The position numbers were made by a program, and so were the translations under genes. Below, piece after piece: positions 18,066 through 28,228 of a stretch of 64,000 bases of DNA. This DNA comes from Minisyncoccota bacterium (GTDB lineage Bacteria; Patescibacteriota; Minisyncoccia; Phycocordibacterales; JABAAK01). The stretch spans positions 188,943 to 252,942 of the forward strand of contig OY764332.1 in NCBI GenBank assembly GCA_963668425.1. The letters are read 5' to 3'. Each line of letters begins with the position of its first letter. Position 1 is the first letter of the stretch. Under the pieces are notes generated by a model. It worked only from the letters and a program-made list of their open reading frames with translations, was not told the DNA's origin and made no database searches.

Positions 18066-20417
18066 TTACTCAATTTTGTATATTTTTTCTGCTACATATA
18101 TCCCTTCTTCAGTATTGGCGACAACACGAACAGTTGTTTCCTGTTCATTTTTATCCAATAACTTACTTGGATCAAAGCTCAGCATCGGCAAGTGTGATGA
18201 TCCGATAAGTGTGCCATTCACATAAAATTCATACTGTACTCTTTCTGCCGGTATTTTCTTCACTGCAATGGTGGTTATTTCATCTATATATATTTTTGAT
18301 TGTGGTGATTGTATAGAAAAGTTCTTCACCAAGCTTTCTCTGTTGCGACTATACTCCTCCTGTATCTCATTTCCCTCAAGCCAGTACTGTACTCCATACT
18401 CCCAATGCTCATACTGCGGCTCTTTAGAAGGATCATGAGCGTGCTGTGTTGGCTTATTCCTTTGAATGTAGTGCAATATTGTGTGTGGATCATCAGTATC
18501 TATCCTACCGAGCACTATATCTGGAGACAATTCTGGTGGAATGGTGTTTCGTGTAAAGTACGTCCCTTGCTCGCCATATTGCTCGGATACTGTTGTAACA
18601 ATTTGTCTTAGTAGTGGCGCAAGATGAAATCCGGCAGCGTTGTTCTCCAGCGGCGTGTTATCTGAATTCCCTGCCCACACCAGTACTACAATATCTGGAG
18701 AATATCCAACTATCCAAATATCACGAGCGTTGTTTGTGGTGCCGGTTTTTACTGCAACCGGTGGGTTGGTTATATACATTGCTGAACCCCTGCCGAACAC
18801 CGGTGCTCGTGCATCATCATCAAAGAGCATGTCAGTGATGTCTTGTGTTACATGTCGCTCCAGCACTTGTTTTTCAGATTTCTCTTCTCCATATTGCCAT
18901 ATGTACGGCACAAGCGTGCCTTCATTTGCAAATACACTATATGCCTGTGCCATTTCCAGTGGTGTTATATCTGCTCCGCCGAGTACTAAACTTAACCCGT
19001 AGTGGTTTTGGTTTTGCGTCAATGATGTGATGCCCATTTTTCTTGCCTGTTGAATTACATTTGCCACACCTGCTATATACAGCACTTTTACTGCTGGTAT
19101 GTTGATGGATTGTGCAAGCGCATCACGTAACGATATTGGTCCCACAAACCTTCCAGTGTAGTTAACTGGTGCATAACAACCGCGCTTGGTACTTTCAAAT
19201 CTATCTTTCTCACAATTCGCGTTGAATTGAGTCGGCGTATCATAAATAATAGTTTGTGGCGTGAGTCCTTTTTTAATTGCCTCTGCATATGCTATCGGTT
19301 TAAAGGTTGAGCCTGGTTGTCGAAGTGAGGTAATGATGTTTACCCGCCCGTCAATTTCATTGTCAAAGAAATCTCGCGAACCGACCATTGAAAGAACCTC
19401 GCCGGTCTTTGCTGAAAGTACGACGGATGCGATATTGCCAACCTTAAATTGCTCTTCCAGTTTTGTCTCTAAAAATTCCTGCGTCATTTTTTCAATTTCT
19501 TCCTGCATCTCAATATCAATAGTTGTTTGTACACGCTGCCCTTCAAGATTTCTCAGTCCGGCGCCATGCTCTTTTTCCAGCTGTTCTTTTGCAAAAAATA
19601 CAAAATGCGGTGCGCGGATTGAAAAGGTGTCCTGACTTTGGAAATACACCTCTTCTGCTCGTGCTCTGCGATATTCGTCCCTCGTTATTAAATTGTGTTT
19701 TAACATTAGTTGGAGTGTATGATTTTTTCTTGCCTCAAGTGCCCTTCTGTTTTGCCCATATGGTGAATAGTACGTTGGCGCTTTTGGAATTGCTGCGAGA
19801 TATGCTGACTCTGCGATTGTTAGCTCGCTTGGCTTTTTGCCGTAAAATGATTTGCTCGCTTCTGCTATACCATATGACACTCCGCCGTATGGTATGGTAT
19901 TAAGATACATCTCAAGAATTTCCTCTTTGTTTAATTGTTTCTCTAACTTTATTGCAAGTAAAAACTCTTTCATTTTTCGTTCTATTTTTTTCTCTGTGGT
20001 GAGGAATACATTTTTAATCACCTGCTGTGTGATTGTTGACCCTCCTTGGCTAAAAGACAGTGTGCGTATGTTGTTAATAAGCGCGCGTAAAAATGCATCA
20101 ATGCGAACACCGCCATGCTCAAAAAAGAGATGGTCCTCTATTGCAATGGTTGCGTTGATAACATTTTTTGATATTTCCTCATATGGAACAAAGGTTCTTT
20201 TTTCATTCACTGAAAAATCAAATAGAAACTTGTCATTCCGATCAGTCAATATGATGGACTGCTTAGATACGACGTTTTGTATGTCTACACCCGGCAGTGG
20301 GGTGAAGGTGTAAAAAAGTGTTATGTATCCTGCAGTAAAAAATGCCACTGACAGTGACAAGAGAATGATATTTTTTATTGTAAAAAAATTTTTCACAGTA
20401 TTAACAGGATACTCCAT
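18066..20417 (-). CDS. class A penicillin-binding protein (glycosyltransferase + transpeptidase)
   Basis: GT51 motifs EDHLFFEHGGVRIDAFLRA and GGSTITQQVIKN, then a transpeptidase module (SxxK-type ...PGSTFKP...) and a C-terminal extra domain. N-terminal TM anchor. Confidence 0.88.
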   Translation of the reverse strand: MEYPVNTVKNFFTIKNIILLSLSVAFFTAGYITLFYTFTPLPGVDIQNVVSKQSIILTDRNDKFLFDFSVNEKRTFVPYEEISKNVINATIAIEDHLFFEHGGVRIDAFLRALINNIRTLSFSQGGSTITQQVIKNVFLTTEKKIERKMKEFLLAIKLEKQLNKEEILEMYLNTIPYGGVSYGIAEASKSFYGKKPSELTIAESAYLAAIPKAPTYYSPYGQNRRALEARKNHTLQLMLKHNLITRDEYRRARAEEVYFQSQDTFSIRAPHFVFFAKEQLEKEHGAGLRNLEGQRVQTTIDIEMQEEIEKMTQEFLETKLEEQFKVGNIASVVLSAKTGEVLSMVGSRDFFDNEIDGRVNIITSLRQPGSTFKPIAYAEAIKKGLTPQTIIYDTPTQFNANCEKDRFESTKRGCYAPVNYTGRFVGPISLRDALAQSINIPAVKVLYIAGVANVIQQARKMGITSLTQNQNHYGLSLVLGGADITPLEMAQAYSVFANEGTLVPYIWQYGEEKSEKQVLERHVTQDITDMLFDDDARAPVFGRGSAMYITNPPVAVKTGTTNNARDIWIVGYSPDIVVLVWAGNSDNTPLENNAAGFHLAPLLRQIVTTVSEQYGEQGTYFTRNTIPPELSPDIVLGRIDTDDPHTILHYIQRNKPTQHAHDPSKEPQYEHWEYGVQYWLEGNEIQEEYSRNRESLVKNFSIQSPQSKIYIDEITTIAVKKIPAERVQYEFYVNGTLIGSSHLPMLSFDPSKLLDKNEQETTVRVVANTEEGIYVAEKIYKIE

Positions 20418-20906
20418 TTATCCTTGGTCCGTAAGAAATGGCACCGCCGCCAGATGAGTAATGCCAATGGCAATGGCATCATACTCATCATCATGTCGCT
20501 TCTTCTCATTTAATGCAATGAGCCGTGGCACCATACGAATAATATCTTTTTTGGTGGCGTTGCTGTTCCCGGTAATTGCGTTCTTTACCTGATTTGGTGT
20601 GTATTCAATTACCGTTAAACCATACTCTTTTGTGGTGTAGATACATACTCCGCGCACTTCTGCTGTCTGCAAGGCGGTCTTTTTATTTTTTGAAAAAAAA
20701 AGTCGTTCTATTGCTGCACAGTTCGGCTGATATGCTTGTATAATACTTCGTATCCGACCACCTATCTGGGTCAATCGGCTTTCAAATGCCGTTTCCTTCT
20801 CGGTCTCAAAACATTCTGAAAAAAGTAGGTTGGTTTTCCCGTCTTTTTTTGCTACTACTGCAAACCCTATGCGTCCGTATCCTGGATCTATGGCGAGCAC
20901 TTTCAT
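20418..20906 (-). CDS. ruvC: crossover junction endodeoxyribonuclease RuvC
   Basis: MKVLAIDPGYGRIGFAVV...ERLFFSKNKKTALQTAEVRGV...DEYDAIAIGITH. Confidence 0.88.
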   Translation of the reverse strand: MKVLAIDPGYGRIGFAVVAKKDGKTNLLFSECFETEKETAFESRLTQIGGRIRSIIQAYQPNCAAIERLFFSKNKKTALQTAEVRGVCIYTTKEYGLTVIEYTPNQVKNAITGNSNATKKDIIRMVPRLIALNEKKRHDDEYDAIAIGITHLAAVPFLTDQG

Positions 20907-20907
20907 A

Positions 20908-21438
20908 CTATGCTTTGTTTGTAACTATTTCTTGTGTGTCCTCCTGTTCATGCAGATCAGCCACAAGTGTATTCAGTTTTGCTGCATCTGTTTCTGATAA
21001 TGATACTGTTGTGTTCGGTGTGATGCTACTTCCCTGGTTGCTGAATACCCATGCTGCTGATCCTGGTGCGCCAACGGTGTATCCGTTTTTTGTGGCAATG
21101 TGCCGAATCTCTGCCGCGGTGCGGTTTTTGTTGTCAGTTAATGCCTTGATGAGAATGGCACACCCACCTGGACCGTACATCTCATAGGTAATTGTTTCTG
21201 ATGATTCCGCATCATTTTCAATGCCTCGCTTAATTGCTCGGTCTATGTTTTGTGACGGCATGTTCGCTGCTTTTGCCTGCTCTATTGCCGATTTTACTGC
21301 TGGTGCGTTGCGATTGCCATCATGTTTTTTTGATTCTACTGCCAGCAGTTTTGCCAGCCGAGAGAATGTCTTACTCTTTTGTGCATCAGTCCCTGCTTTT
21401 TTATGCTTAATTTTAGACCATTTATTATGTCCCGCCAT
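20908..21438 (-). CDS. yebC: YebC/PmpR-family protein, compact (176 aa)
   Basis: MAGHNKWSKIKHKKAGTDAQKSKTFSRLAKLL...YEMYGPGGCAILIKALTDNKNRTAAEIRH. About 60 aa shorter than typical family members. Confidence 0.8.
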   Translation of the reverse strand: MAGHNKWSKIKHKKAGTDAQKSKTFSRLAKLLAVESKKHDGNRNAPAVKSAIEQAKAANMPSQNIDRAIKRGIENDAESSETITYEMYGPGGCAILIKALTDNKNRTAAEIRHIATKNGYTVGAPGSAAWVFSNQGSSITPNTTVSLSETDAAKLNTLVADLHEQEDTQEIVTNKA

Positions 21439-21449
21439 ACGATATGATA

Positions 21450-22451
21450 TTAAAGAGATCTCAGATATGCTGCTCCTTTTTCGGTGATACTTCTGCCGCG
21501 AGGGGTGCGCTCTATGAGTCCTGCTTGAATGAGGAAAGGTTCGTATACTTCTTCAATGGTACCCACATCCTCTGAGAGAGTGGTGGCGAGCGCTTGGATA
21601 CCGACTGGACCACCATTAAACGATTCCTGGATTGTTCTGAGCATTGCCCTATCTTCTGCAGTAAGCCCATATTCATCTATATCACGCTCTGAGAGAGCGC
21701 TCTGCACTATATCAGATGTAATATCTACAGTATGCACTTGTGCGTAATCTCGCACTCGCTTAAGAAGGTAGTTAGCGATTCGTGGTGTGCTGCGCGCTCG
21801 CCCTGCAATATTGCTCGCGGCTTTCTCTGGCAGGGTAATGCCCAGCACTGATGCCGATCGCATGATGATCTGCGCAATCTCATCTTCTGTGTACGGGATC
21901 AATCGCATAACGCCGCCGGAAAATCGTGTGCGCAGTGGCGTAGACAATCTTCCCACTTGCGTTGTCGCGGCAATGATAACAATCGGTGGCAAATTGATCT
22001 CGACTGAGCGAGCGGTCGGCCCTTTTCCGACAATGATAGAAATATTACCGCTTTCCATTATTGGATATAACACCTCTTCTATATTTTTGCTCAATCTATG
22101 TATTTCGTCTATAAACAATACGCCGCCATTTTCCATTGCTGATGCAAGAGAAACAATATCTCCTGCACGCTCTATCATTGGTCCGGATGTAGTGTGTACT
22201 GGCACTTCCAACACTGAGCCGATGATATACGCTAATGTTGTTTTCCCTAAACCTGCGGGGCCGTATAACAGGATATGTTCTGGCATTTGCCCTCTTTCTT
22301 TTGCTGCCTCTATAAGGATGTGTAGGTTTTTCTTTATCATCTCCTGTCCGATATAGTCATCCCAGTGCTTAGGACGCAGCAAACTATCCAAAGAATGCTC
22401 TAGTGATTGTTTATTTTCTATAGCAATATCATTTATACTCATATATAACAA
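21450..22451 (-). CDS. ruvB: Holliday junction branch migration helicase RuvB
   Basis: LRPKHWDDYIGQEMIKKNLHILIEAAKERGQMPEHILLYGPAGLGKTTLA...FIDEIHRL... Confidence 0.92.
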   Translation of the reverse strand: MLYMSINDIAIENKQSLEHSLDSLLRPKHWDDYIGQEMIKKNLHILIEAAKERGQMPEHILLYGPAGLGKTTLAYIIGSVLEVPVHTTSGPMIERAGDIVSLASAMENGGVLFIDEIHRLSKNIEEVLYPIMESGNISIIVGKGPTARSVEINLPPIVIIAATTQVGRLSTPLRTRFSGGVMRLIPYTEDEIAQIIMRSASVLGITLPEKAASNIAGRARSTPRIANYLLKRVRDYAQVHTVDITSDIVQSALSERDIDEYGLTAEDRAMLRTIQESFNGGPVGIQALATTLSEDVGTIEEVYEPFLIQAGLIERTPRGRSITEKGAAYLRSL

Positions 22452-24185
22452 TTAGATAACAATACCAATAACACGTGACACCTCTTCTAAGGAGGTCATA
22501 CCTTTCAATACCTTCCACAACGCGTCATCTTCCATAAAAGGAAACCCTTGTTTGCGTACCTCTGTGCGTAATGCGGTAATGCCGCCCTCTTCACGAATAA
22601 CTCGCTCAATTTCATCATTAACCTCAAACACCTCAAATACACCGATTCTTTTTTTGTATCCGTCATTACACTCCTGACAATTTTGTGACGCCTCACTTGG
22701 TCTTCTGATGGCATTCAAGTCAAAATCTTCTTTATATTGCTCTGGAAACTTTTCTATCATTTGCTGTATTACTGTTTTCTGACTGTCCGTTAACGGGTGT
22801 TGCTCTGAACAGGTCGGGCATATTCGTCGTACCAGTCGTTGCGCAATAATAATGTTAATTGCCCGTGAAAATGTTTGTGGATCTGTGTCAAATTGCAGAA
22901 GTCGTGGTAGTGCTCCGAGCGCATCATTGGTGTGTAATGTTGAAAAAACCAAATGCCCGGTTAGTGCCGCCTGTATAGCGACTTGTGCGACTTCAGCGTC
23001 GCGAATCTCCCCCACTAAAATGACATCAGGGTCCTGCCGAAGGATAGCACGCAATCCTGTGGCAAATGAGTACTCTCCATCAATCTCTGTTTGCACGATA
23101 CCTTCAAGGCGGTATTCTATTGGGTCTTCCAGTGTAACGGTCTTGATGTGCTCACCTTTTACTATACTAAGAAATGAGTATAGCGTTGTTGTTTTTCCTG
23201 AGCCAGTTGGTCCGGTGTTTAAGATCATGCCATTCGGTCGTTTGATATGCTTCATAAAAACCTCAAGCATCATTGGATGAATCCCTAATCGCTCAATACT
23301 ATGCACAATATTCTTCGGATCAAGGAGCCGTATCACAAATGAGCCACCTTCGTCCTCTGGTATCACAGATGAACGAACACTGAGTGTTCTCTTCGGAAGA
23401 TGCACCACAAAACCTCCGTCTTGTGCCCCTTTCGCAGTTATTTTCATACTGGAAACCAATTTCATTCTGGTAACCACCTGTTTATACTCTAGTTCTCCGA
23501 GTTCAGTTATATCAGTGAGTACACCATCTATACGATACCGCACCACTCCACCGTCTGATGACGGTTCAATATGTATGTCTGATGCGTTTACCGCAATTGC
23601 AGTCGCCACAATATATTCAACATTCTTTGATATTCGCCGTGTCCGGCTCATTTTTTTGAGATCACGCAACATATCGCGAACTGCCTCAATTGATTCTATG
23701 CTTTTTATTTTTTGTTCTAATTCTTCGTTTGCGATAGAGAGTGTTCCTGGTGAAGTTGCACTCGTTGTAATAATATCTTTGTAATACATCCATATTTGCT
23801 CCAGCGTTTTTGTTGAAGCAAGGGTTAATTCGTGTGAATATCCTTTCTCCTCAAGATTGCGAAGTATTTCTGCTAGTTTCTTATTATTAGGCTCATTCAC
23901 TGCTATTGTCAATACTCCTTTTAATCGCTTATATGCCGCCATTTTTGCTTCTCGCGCATCAACCTCTTTGACGAGCTGGAGTGCATTAGGATTTACTTGT
24001 ATATCGGCAATATGAATGGCAGGGTGGTGATATTTACCAGAAAGATATTCCATCAATCGTTCTTCTTCCTCTTCCTTGTACTCTTTCAAGTCCTTTTGAA
24101 ACTCTTGTACTGGTGTATTAGTAACAGTCATTGTCATAATTGTACCATGCTTGCCTCTGGTACCCGAAGAGAGCCATTTTTGCAT
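22452..24185 (-). CDS. pilB: type IV pilus assembly ATPase (PilB/GspE family)
   Basis: ...NTGPTGSGKTTTLYS (Walker A)...LVGEIRD..., the tetracysteine-type region CPTCSEQ...CQECNDGYKKRIGVFEV, and a GspII_E-like N-terminus. Confidence 0.85.
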   Translation of the reverse strand: MQKWLSSGTRGKHGTIMTMTVTNTPVQEFQKDLKEYKEEEEERLMEYLSGKYHHPAIHIADIQVNPNALQLVKEVDAREAKMAAYKRLKGVLTIAVNEPNNKKLAEILRNLEEKGYSHELTLASTKTLEQIWMYYKDIITTSATSPGTLSIANEELEQKIKSIESIEAVRDMLRDLKKMSRTRRISKNVEYIVATAIAVNASDIHIEPSSDGGVVRYRIDGVLTDITELGELEYKQVVTRMKLVSSMKITAKGAQDGGFVVHLPKRTLSVRSSVIPEDEGGSFVIRLLDPKNIVHSIERLGIHPMMLEVFMKHIKRPNGMILNTGPTGSGKTTTLYSFLSIVKGEHIKTVTLEDPIEYRLEGIVQTEIDGEYSFATGLRAILRQDPDVILVGEIRDAEVAQVAIQAALTGHLVFSTLHTNDALGALPRLLQFDTDPQTFSRAINIIIAQRLVRRICPTCSEQHPLTDSQKTVIQQMIEKFPEQYKEDFDLNAIRRPSEASQNCQECNDGYKKRIGVFEVFEVNDEIERVIREEGGITALRTEVRKQGFPFMEDDALWKVLKGMTSLEEVSRVIGIVI

Positions 24186-24231
24186 GTGGTGTTATGCGTT
24201 TTGCAGATTGCTTCGTGTGGTGGTGTGTGCA

Positions 24232-25569
24232 CTATAATCGTAGCATCCAAAGAGCCATGTCATATTTATTTATAAAAAACAGAAATTCTCCGTCTGTGCT
24301 TATTTGAGGGTGAACAACGTCAAATGTAGTGTTGTTAGAAAGGAGTTGAATTTCATCCTGATCAGGTGAGAGTGGTAATTGCTTTTCTCCTGTTGCTGCA
24401 TTCACTAATATAATCACATCGTTCAAAGAAATGTCCCCCTGGTACCACGAGTCAGGAAACATTGTTTCATACCCAGAAAGGGTTTCTGCAGGGACAGATT
24501 TCGGCACGGCACATACAAATACTCCATTCACTGTATCACATTTTTCAGGTAGCGTTATTGGTAGGTCAATAGAAACGCTTCGGTCTCGATTAGTAATGGA
24601 TGCTTTTCCGGCGAAATTATCCGCCTTTGTTTCAAACAACATAAAATATCCTGTTGTTGTGTCCATCAAAGCCGATCCACCTGAGTCAAGAGAAACGAAT
24701 TGCTCATCGGGCAGAACACCTTTCGGATCAATAAGATACACAAACCCTTTCATGAGATCAGTGACAGGGGTGTGCAATGTGATGTGCGTGCCATTACCCC
24801 ATCGCGGAATCCAAGAGGTGAAATCTGATCGCCAAATCACTTGTGTCTTTGATGGATTTGAGACATCAACAATGACACCAACTGATTTGTCATCAATCAC
24901 CTGAATAAAAAAGAGGAGGTTTTTATTATTTGTTGCGACACGAATGTTGTCCTCAAACCGCTGGACACTTGGACTGGTGTTGACTGTAGAAAAAGGAACA
25001 AATGCAGATCGTATTACGGATTCGTCATCGGCACTTTCATATAGCACAAGCACCTCACCATTTTCAAACGGATACCCCTCAACCGCTCGGGTAAATTCAC
25101 CACGCGCAGTCAGTGTTAAAGAGTACGGAATAGCTTGTACTGCATACCGATTTCCCCGCCCTTGCTCAACAACCTGCACTTCCCAGCCATCTCCTTTCTT
25201 CGCGACACGATACCCTGCTGTTGGACCCTTAAAGAGTCGTATTAGCCGTGGTATGTTTTCCTTGTCTTCGGTGATAGTGTCATTAATATCATTACGCTCA
25301 TCGGATAGTGGAATTGTACGCACCCGATCATCCCGCTGCCCCACCTCATCATTAGAAACAGAGCGCTCAAAAGAGATTTGATTCGGTTGTGTTGCTTCAA
25401 GGTTATTAAGACCGAGAGATGGCACTTGTGGAAGAGTGGGTGTAGTTGTTTCCGGCGGCGCAGGAGTAGGTGGCTCTGCGGAGAAATATACATAAATACC
25501 GGCGAAAAGTAATGCGAGAAACACTAAAAAAACAATTACAGCAATAGTAAACCTTTTTATAGGAGTCAT
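24232..25569 (-). CDS. hypothetical membrane-anchored protein, Pro/Thr linker + beta-propeller-like (PD40/TolB-like by eye) ectodomain
   Basis: N-terminal TM FTIAVIVFLVFLALLFAGIYVYF, linker PPTPAPPETTTPTLPQVPS, C-terminal ...HPQISTDGEFLFFINKYDMALWMLRL. Confidence 0.6.
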   Translation of the reverse strand: MTPIKRFTIAVIVFLVFLALLFAGIYVYFSAEPPTPAPPETTTPTLPQVPSLGLNNLEATQPNQISFERSVSNDEVGQRDDRVRTIPLSDERNDINDTITEDKENIPRLIRLFKGPTAGYRVAKKGDGWEVQVVEQGRGNRYAVQAIPYSLTLTARGEFTRAVEGYPFENGEVLVLYESADDESVIRSAFVPFSTVNTSPSVQRFEDNIRVATNNKNLLFFIQVIDDKSVGVIVDVSNPSKTQVIWRSDFTSWIPRWGNGTHITLHTPVTDLMKGFVYLIDPKGVLPDEQFVSLDSGGSALMDTTTGYFMLFETKADNFAGKASITNRDRSVSIDLPITLPEKCDTVNGVFVCAVPKSVPAETLSGYETMFPDSWYQGDISLNDVIILVNAATGEKQLPLSPDQDEIQLLSNNTTFDVVHPQISTDGEFLFFINKYDMALWMLRL

Positions 25570-25595
25570 ATGATACTAGTATATCGCGACAAGAA

Positions 25596-27215
25596 CTATT
25601 TATCACACTTAATCCCACCCTCATATGTTTTATCGCCTTGTGTTATATCTCCCCATGTAATATCAAAGCAGTGTGTTGTACTAAGAGGTATTTGTATGGC
25701 ACTGTCTTTATCAAGTAGCGGACCTGTATTTGCCGGTATTATGAATACCATACAAAACTTTTGAACATTCTTGTTAAAGTAAAAATCAACAGTAAACCCA
25801 TCTCCTAGTTTTTTCACCCTATTTTGAATTGAAAAAGCAAAATCACTATTAACGACCTTTGATGATTTATCGTATGCTGTGTATTCTGCAAGAATACCAT
25901 TTGTACCATTGTAGGTGTGATCAATAAAGTGAATCTTTTGATCAGACCTTGCACTCTTAAGATTGTCTACACCACTAATTTTAAAATTAAATTGAGCGCC
26001 GTGCTTTTTTCCGTAAGCAGCACTTAACTCCTCCCCTTTGGGTGGATGAATAAGGTATTGTGTATTTGGACAATTTGTAACAGATGATTTGATGAATGAT
26101 TGTATCTGAGAGGTTAGGTGTGCATCTTCATTTTTATTTTTCCATGGTAGTCCATGCCAAAATTTCTTCTGCACAACTTTTGTTTCAGTTTGGTCTGTAT
26201 TTGGTACTTTCTCAGATTCTTCAACTCCAATAGATACAGCAGGAAAAGCAACAACAATCTCTACGTCATCTGGTAGTTGTATTACTGATTCATCGGGTTT
26301 GTTTGGTGGCGTGCAGTTAATAACCTTCGCCCCTTCATTTTCATTCTCCTCATTATAGGTATATACCCTATCACTCACCGCTCTTGTATATAAAACCTGA
26401 TAAGAATACTGCAATGGAATGGGTGATGTGTCATGCTGCAAAGATTTTTTAATGCTATTTAATTGATCTCTAAAATTAGTGTCAACGATTTCAGGGCAGC
26501 GAGTTATGGTTAGTTTTTTACTTGATTTGTCAAATTCAATACCATTTTCTGGAATTTCCAGATTGTTTGAGTATAATTCAGAACCTTGTCCGACTTCCTG
26601 TAGACCTGTGATTGTTTGAAATAACCTAGGTCGCAGGAGGGATGGAGCAATAAAGTTTAAGATAACCCAAGAAAGTAGCAGAATAGCGGTGCCGATTGCA
26701 GCACTTTTTACTCGCCCTTTTGCGTCAGAAAAAACTGCAACATTGCCTCCAAACTCGGCATAGATCATCCGAGTGCCATGCACTGCCAGCAGTATGACCA
26801 TAAGTATCCCAGAAAGTGTGAAAATGATACTAAAAAAACGACCAAAAATTCCTTGGATTGTTCTACTTACAGACTCCCTGTCATTGTTACTTGCTTTAAT
26901 TTCTTTTCCTGCGCCAAAAATACTGCTGTATAGGTGTAATCTCAACGGCTCTTTCCCTGCTATACTCTGCTGAGCAGGATTAACGGTTGTTGGTGGCGAT
27001 GTTTCGTTTTCATTATCTTCGCCATCTTTGTCATCTTCGCTATCTTTGTTATCGTTGGTGTTTCCTAGATTATCAGGTAATTCAACATCGGCTGCATTGG
27101 TTTCCTGTATGTCAACTATCGGACCTTGTGCAAACAAGACACCACCAAAAAGACCCCCTATACTACAGACGAAAAGTAAACTGAATATCAGATTGTTGTA
27201 AATCTTTGTTTTCAT
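25596..27215 (-). CDS. hypothetical envelope protein: signal peptide, acidic linker, TrbC/VirB2-like two-helix 'T4SS pilin' module, ~330-aa C-terminal domain
   Basis: Start at MKTKIYNNLIFSLLFVCSIGGLFGGVLFAQG (27215). D/E/N-rich stretch DNKDSEDDKDGEDNENE. Helix pair IFGRFFSIIFTLSGILMVILLAVHG...AAIGTAILLLSWVILNFIAP. Confidence 0.55.
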   Translation of the reverse strand: MKTKIYNNLIFSLLFVCSIGGLFGGVLFAQGPIVDIQETNAADVELPDNLGNTNDNKDSEDDKDGEDNENETSPPTTVNPAQQSIAGKEPLRLHLYSSIFGAGKEIKASNNDRESVSRTIQGIFGRFFSIIFTLSGILMVILLAVHGTRMIYAEFGGNVAVFSDAKGRVKSAAIGTAILLLSWVILNFIAPSLLRPRLFQTITGLQEVGQGSELYSNNLEIPENGIEFDKSSKKLTITRCPEIVDTNFRDQLNSIKKSLQHDTSPIPLQYSYQVLYTRAVSDRVYTYNEENENEGAKVINCTPPNKPDESVIQLPDDVEIVVAFPAVSIGVEESEKVPNTDQTETKVVQKKFWHGLPWKNKNEDAHLTSQIQSFIKSSVTNCPNTQYLIHPPKGEELSAAYGKKHGAQFNFKISGVDNLKSARSDQKIHFIDHTYNGTNGILAEYTAYDKSSKVVNSDFAFSIQNRVKKLGDGFTVDFYFNKNVQKFCMVFIIPANTGPLLDKDSAIQIPLSTTHCFDITWGDITQGDKTYEGGIKCDK

Positions 27216-28167
27216 TTTGAGCAAATACACGAATAGGTATTTCGGTGTTCTCACCCTGAACAGAAATATCAAGCTTTCTACCCTCCTTTAGATGGCTTGT
27301 TTCGTTATTTACAAACCACCTGTATTGTATCGCATTTTTTTCAAAATCGGACTGATTGAAGTAAAATGGGTACACTGAAGCCGTAATTTCCTCACTCCCG
27401 AGAGAAAGATTTTTGGAGAAAACCCGATCTCGAGCAAGTCCATATAGTAAGGTGTGTGGATATACTAATAATCGCGGTTCAATGATAGGAACATTAATGA
27501 TTTTTTCAAAGGCAACCTTGCCGCTTTTAATGAGTGTTGCTTCAACCTGTACAATGATATACCTATTCAAATAACTTCCACCATCTTCATACACCACACT
27601 ACTAACTCCGGGACCCCGACTGCTATGATATCGTGATTCAATCATCCAACGAAATGAAAAGTCCCTCTCGGTATATATAACACCATCTTGGTCAACATAC
27701 TGTATTTTTGCTGAAAGCTTTATCGGTGTCTGTGGTCCTGCGAGCCGATGTCCCCGATATAGTGGCGTGACTACTGAATCCGCCTCCCACAACACATCAA
27801 AAATAACTGGTCGTATCCATCTGGAAATATCTATAAATCTTTTGTCGCCTTGTGAATCAAAGTAATGTATTCGTGCGTTCACTCGCTTTGGTGCGCTGCT
27901 GGCAATTTCGGTAATCTCCATCTTGTTTGTGTACTCTGCCCGCTCAGTGCCGTCAACATACCATGTGACCAATTGAATACTGGAGATAAATGATTTGTTA
28001 GATCTGATGGTGAAATCAACATACTTACCTGGTGACGGGTACGACTCACTTACAACAATTTCATATGCATCATAACTCCCTTGCACTTGCGCGAATGCAG
28101 TGTGAGAAAGCATTAAAAATCCACTCAAAAAAACAATGTATGCATAGAAAAGAAATAGCGTTCGCAT
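27163..28167 (-). CDS. hypothetical secreted protein
   Basis: Signal peptide MRTLFLFYAYIVFLSGFLMLSHTAFA, beta-rich, no recognisable domain. The 3' end overlaps the next gene by about 53 nt. Confidence 0.6.
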   Translation of the reverse strand: MRTLFLFYAYIVFLSGFLMLSHTAFAQVQGSYDAYEIVVSESYPSPGKYVDFTIRSNKSFISSIQLVTWYVDGTERAEYTNKMEITEIASSAPKRVNARIHYFDSQGDKRFIDISRWIRPVIFDVLWEADSVVTPLYRGHRLAGPQTPIKLSAKIQYVDQDGVIYTERDFSFRWMIESRYHSSRGPGVSSVVYEDGGSYLNRYIIVQVEATLIKSGKVAFEKIINVPIIEPRLLVYPHTLLYGLARDRVFSKNLSLGSEEITASVYPFYFNQSDFEKNAIQYRWFVNNETSHLKEGRKLDISVQGENTEIPIRVFAQNENKDLQQSDIQFTFRL

Positions 28168-28228
28168 ATGGTGTCAAGTATACCCTGAAAAACCACTACC
28201 ACACGCATAAGGTGCTTGACCTGTGCTG

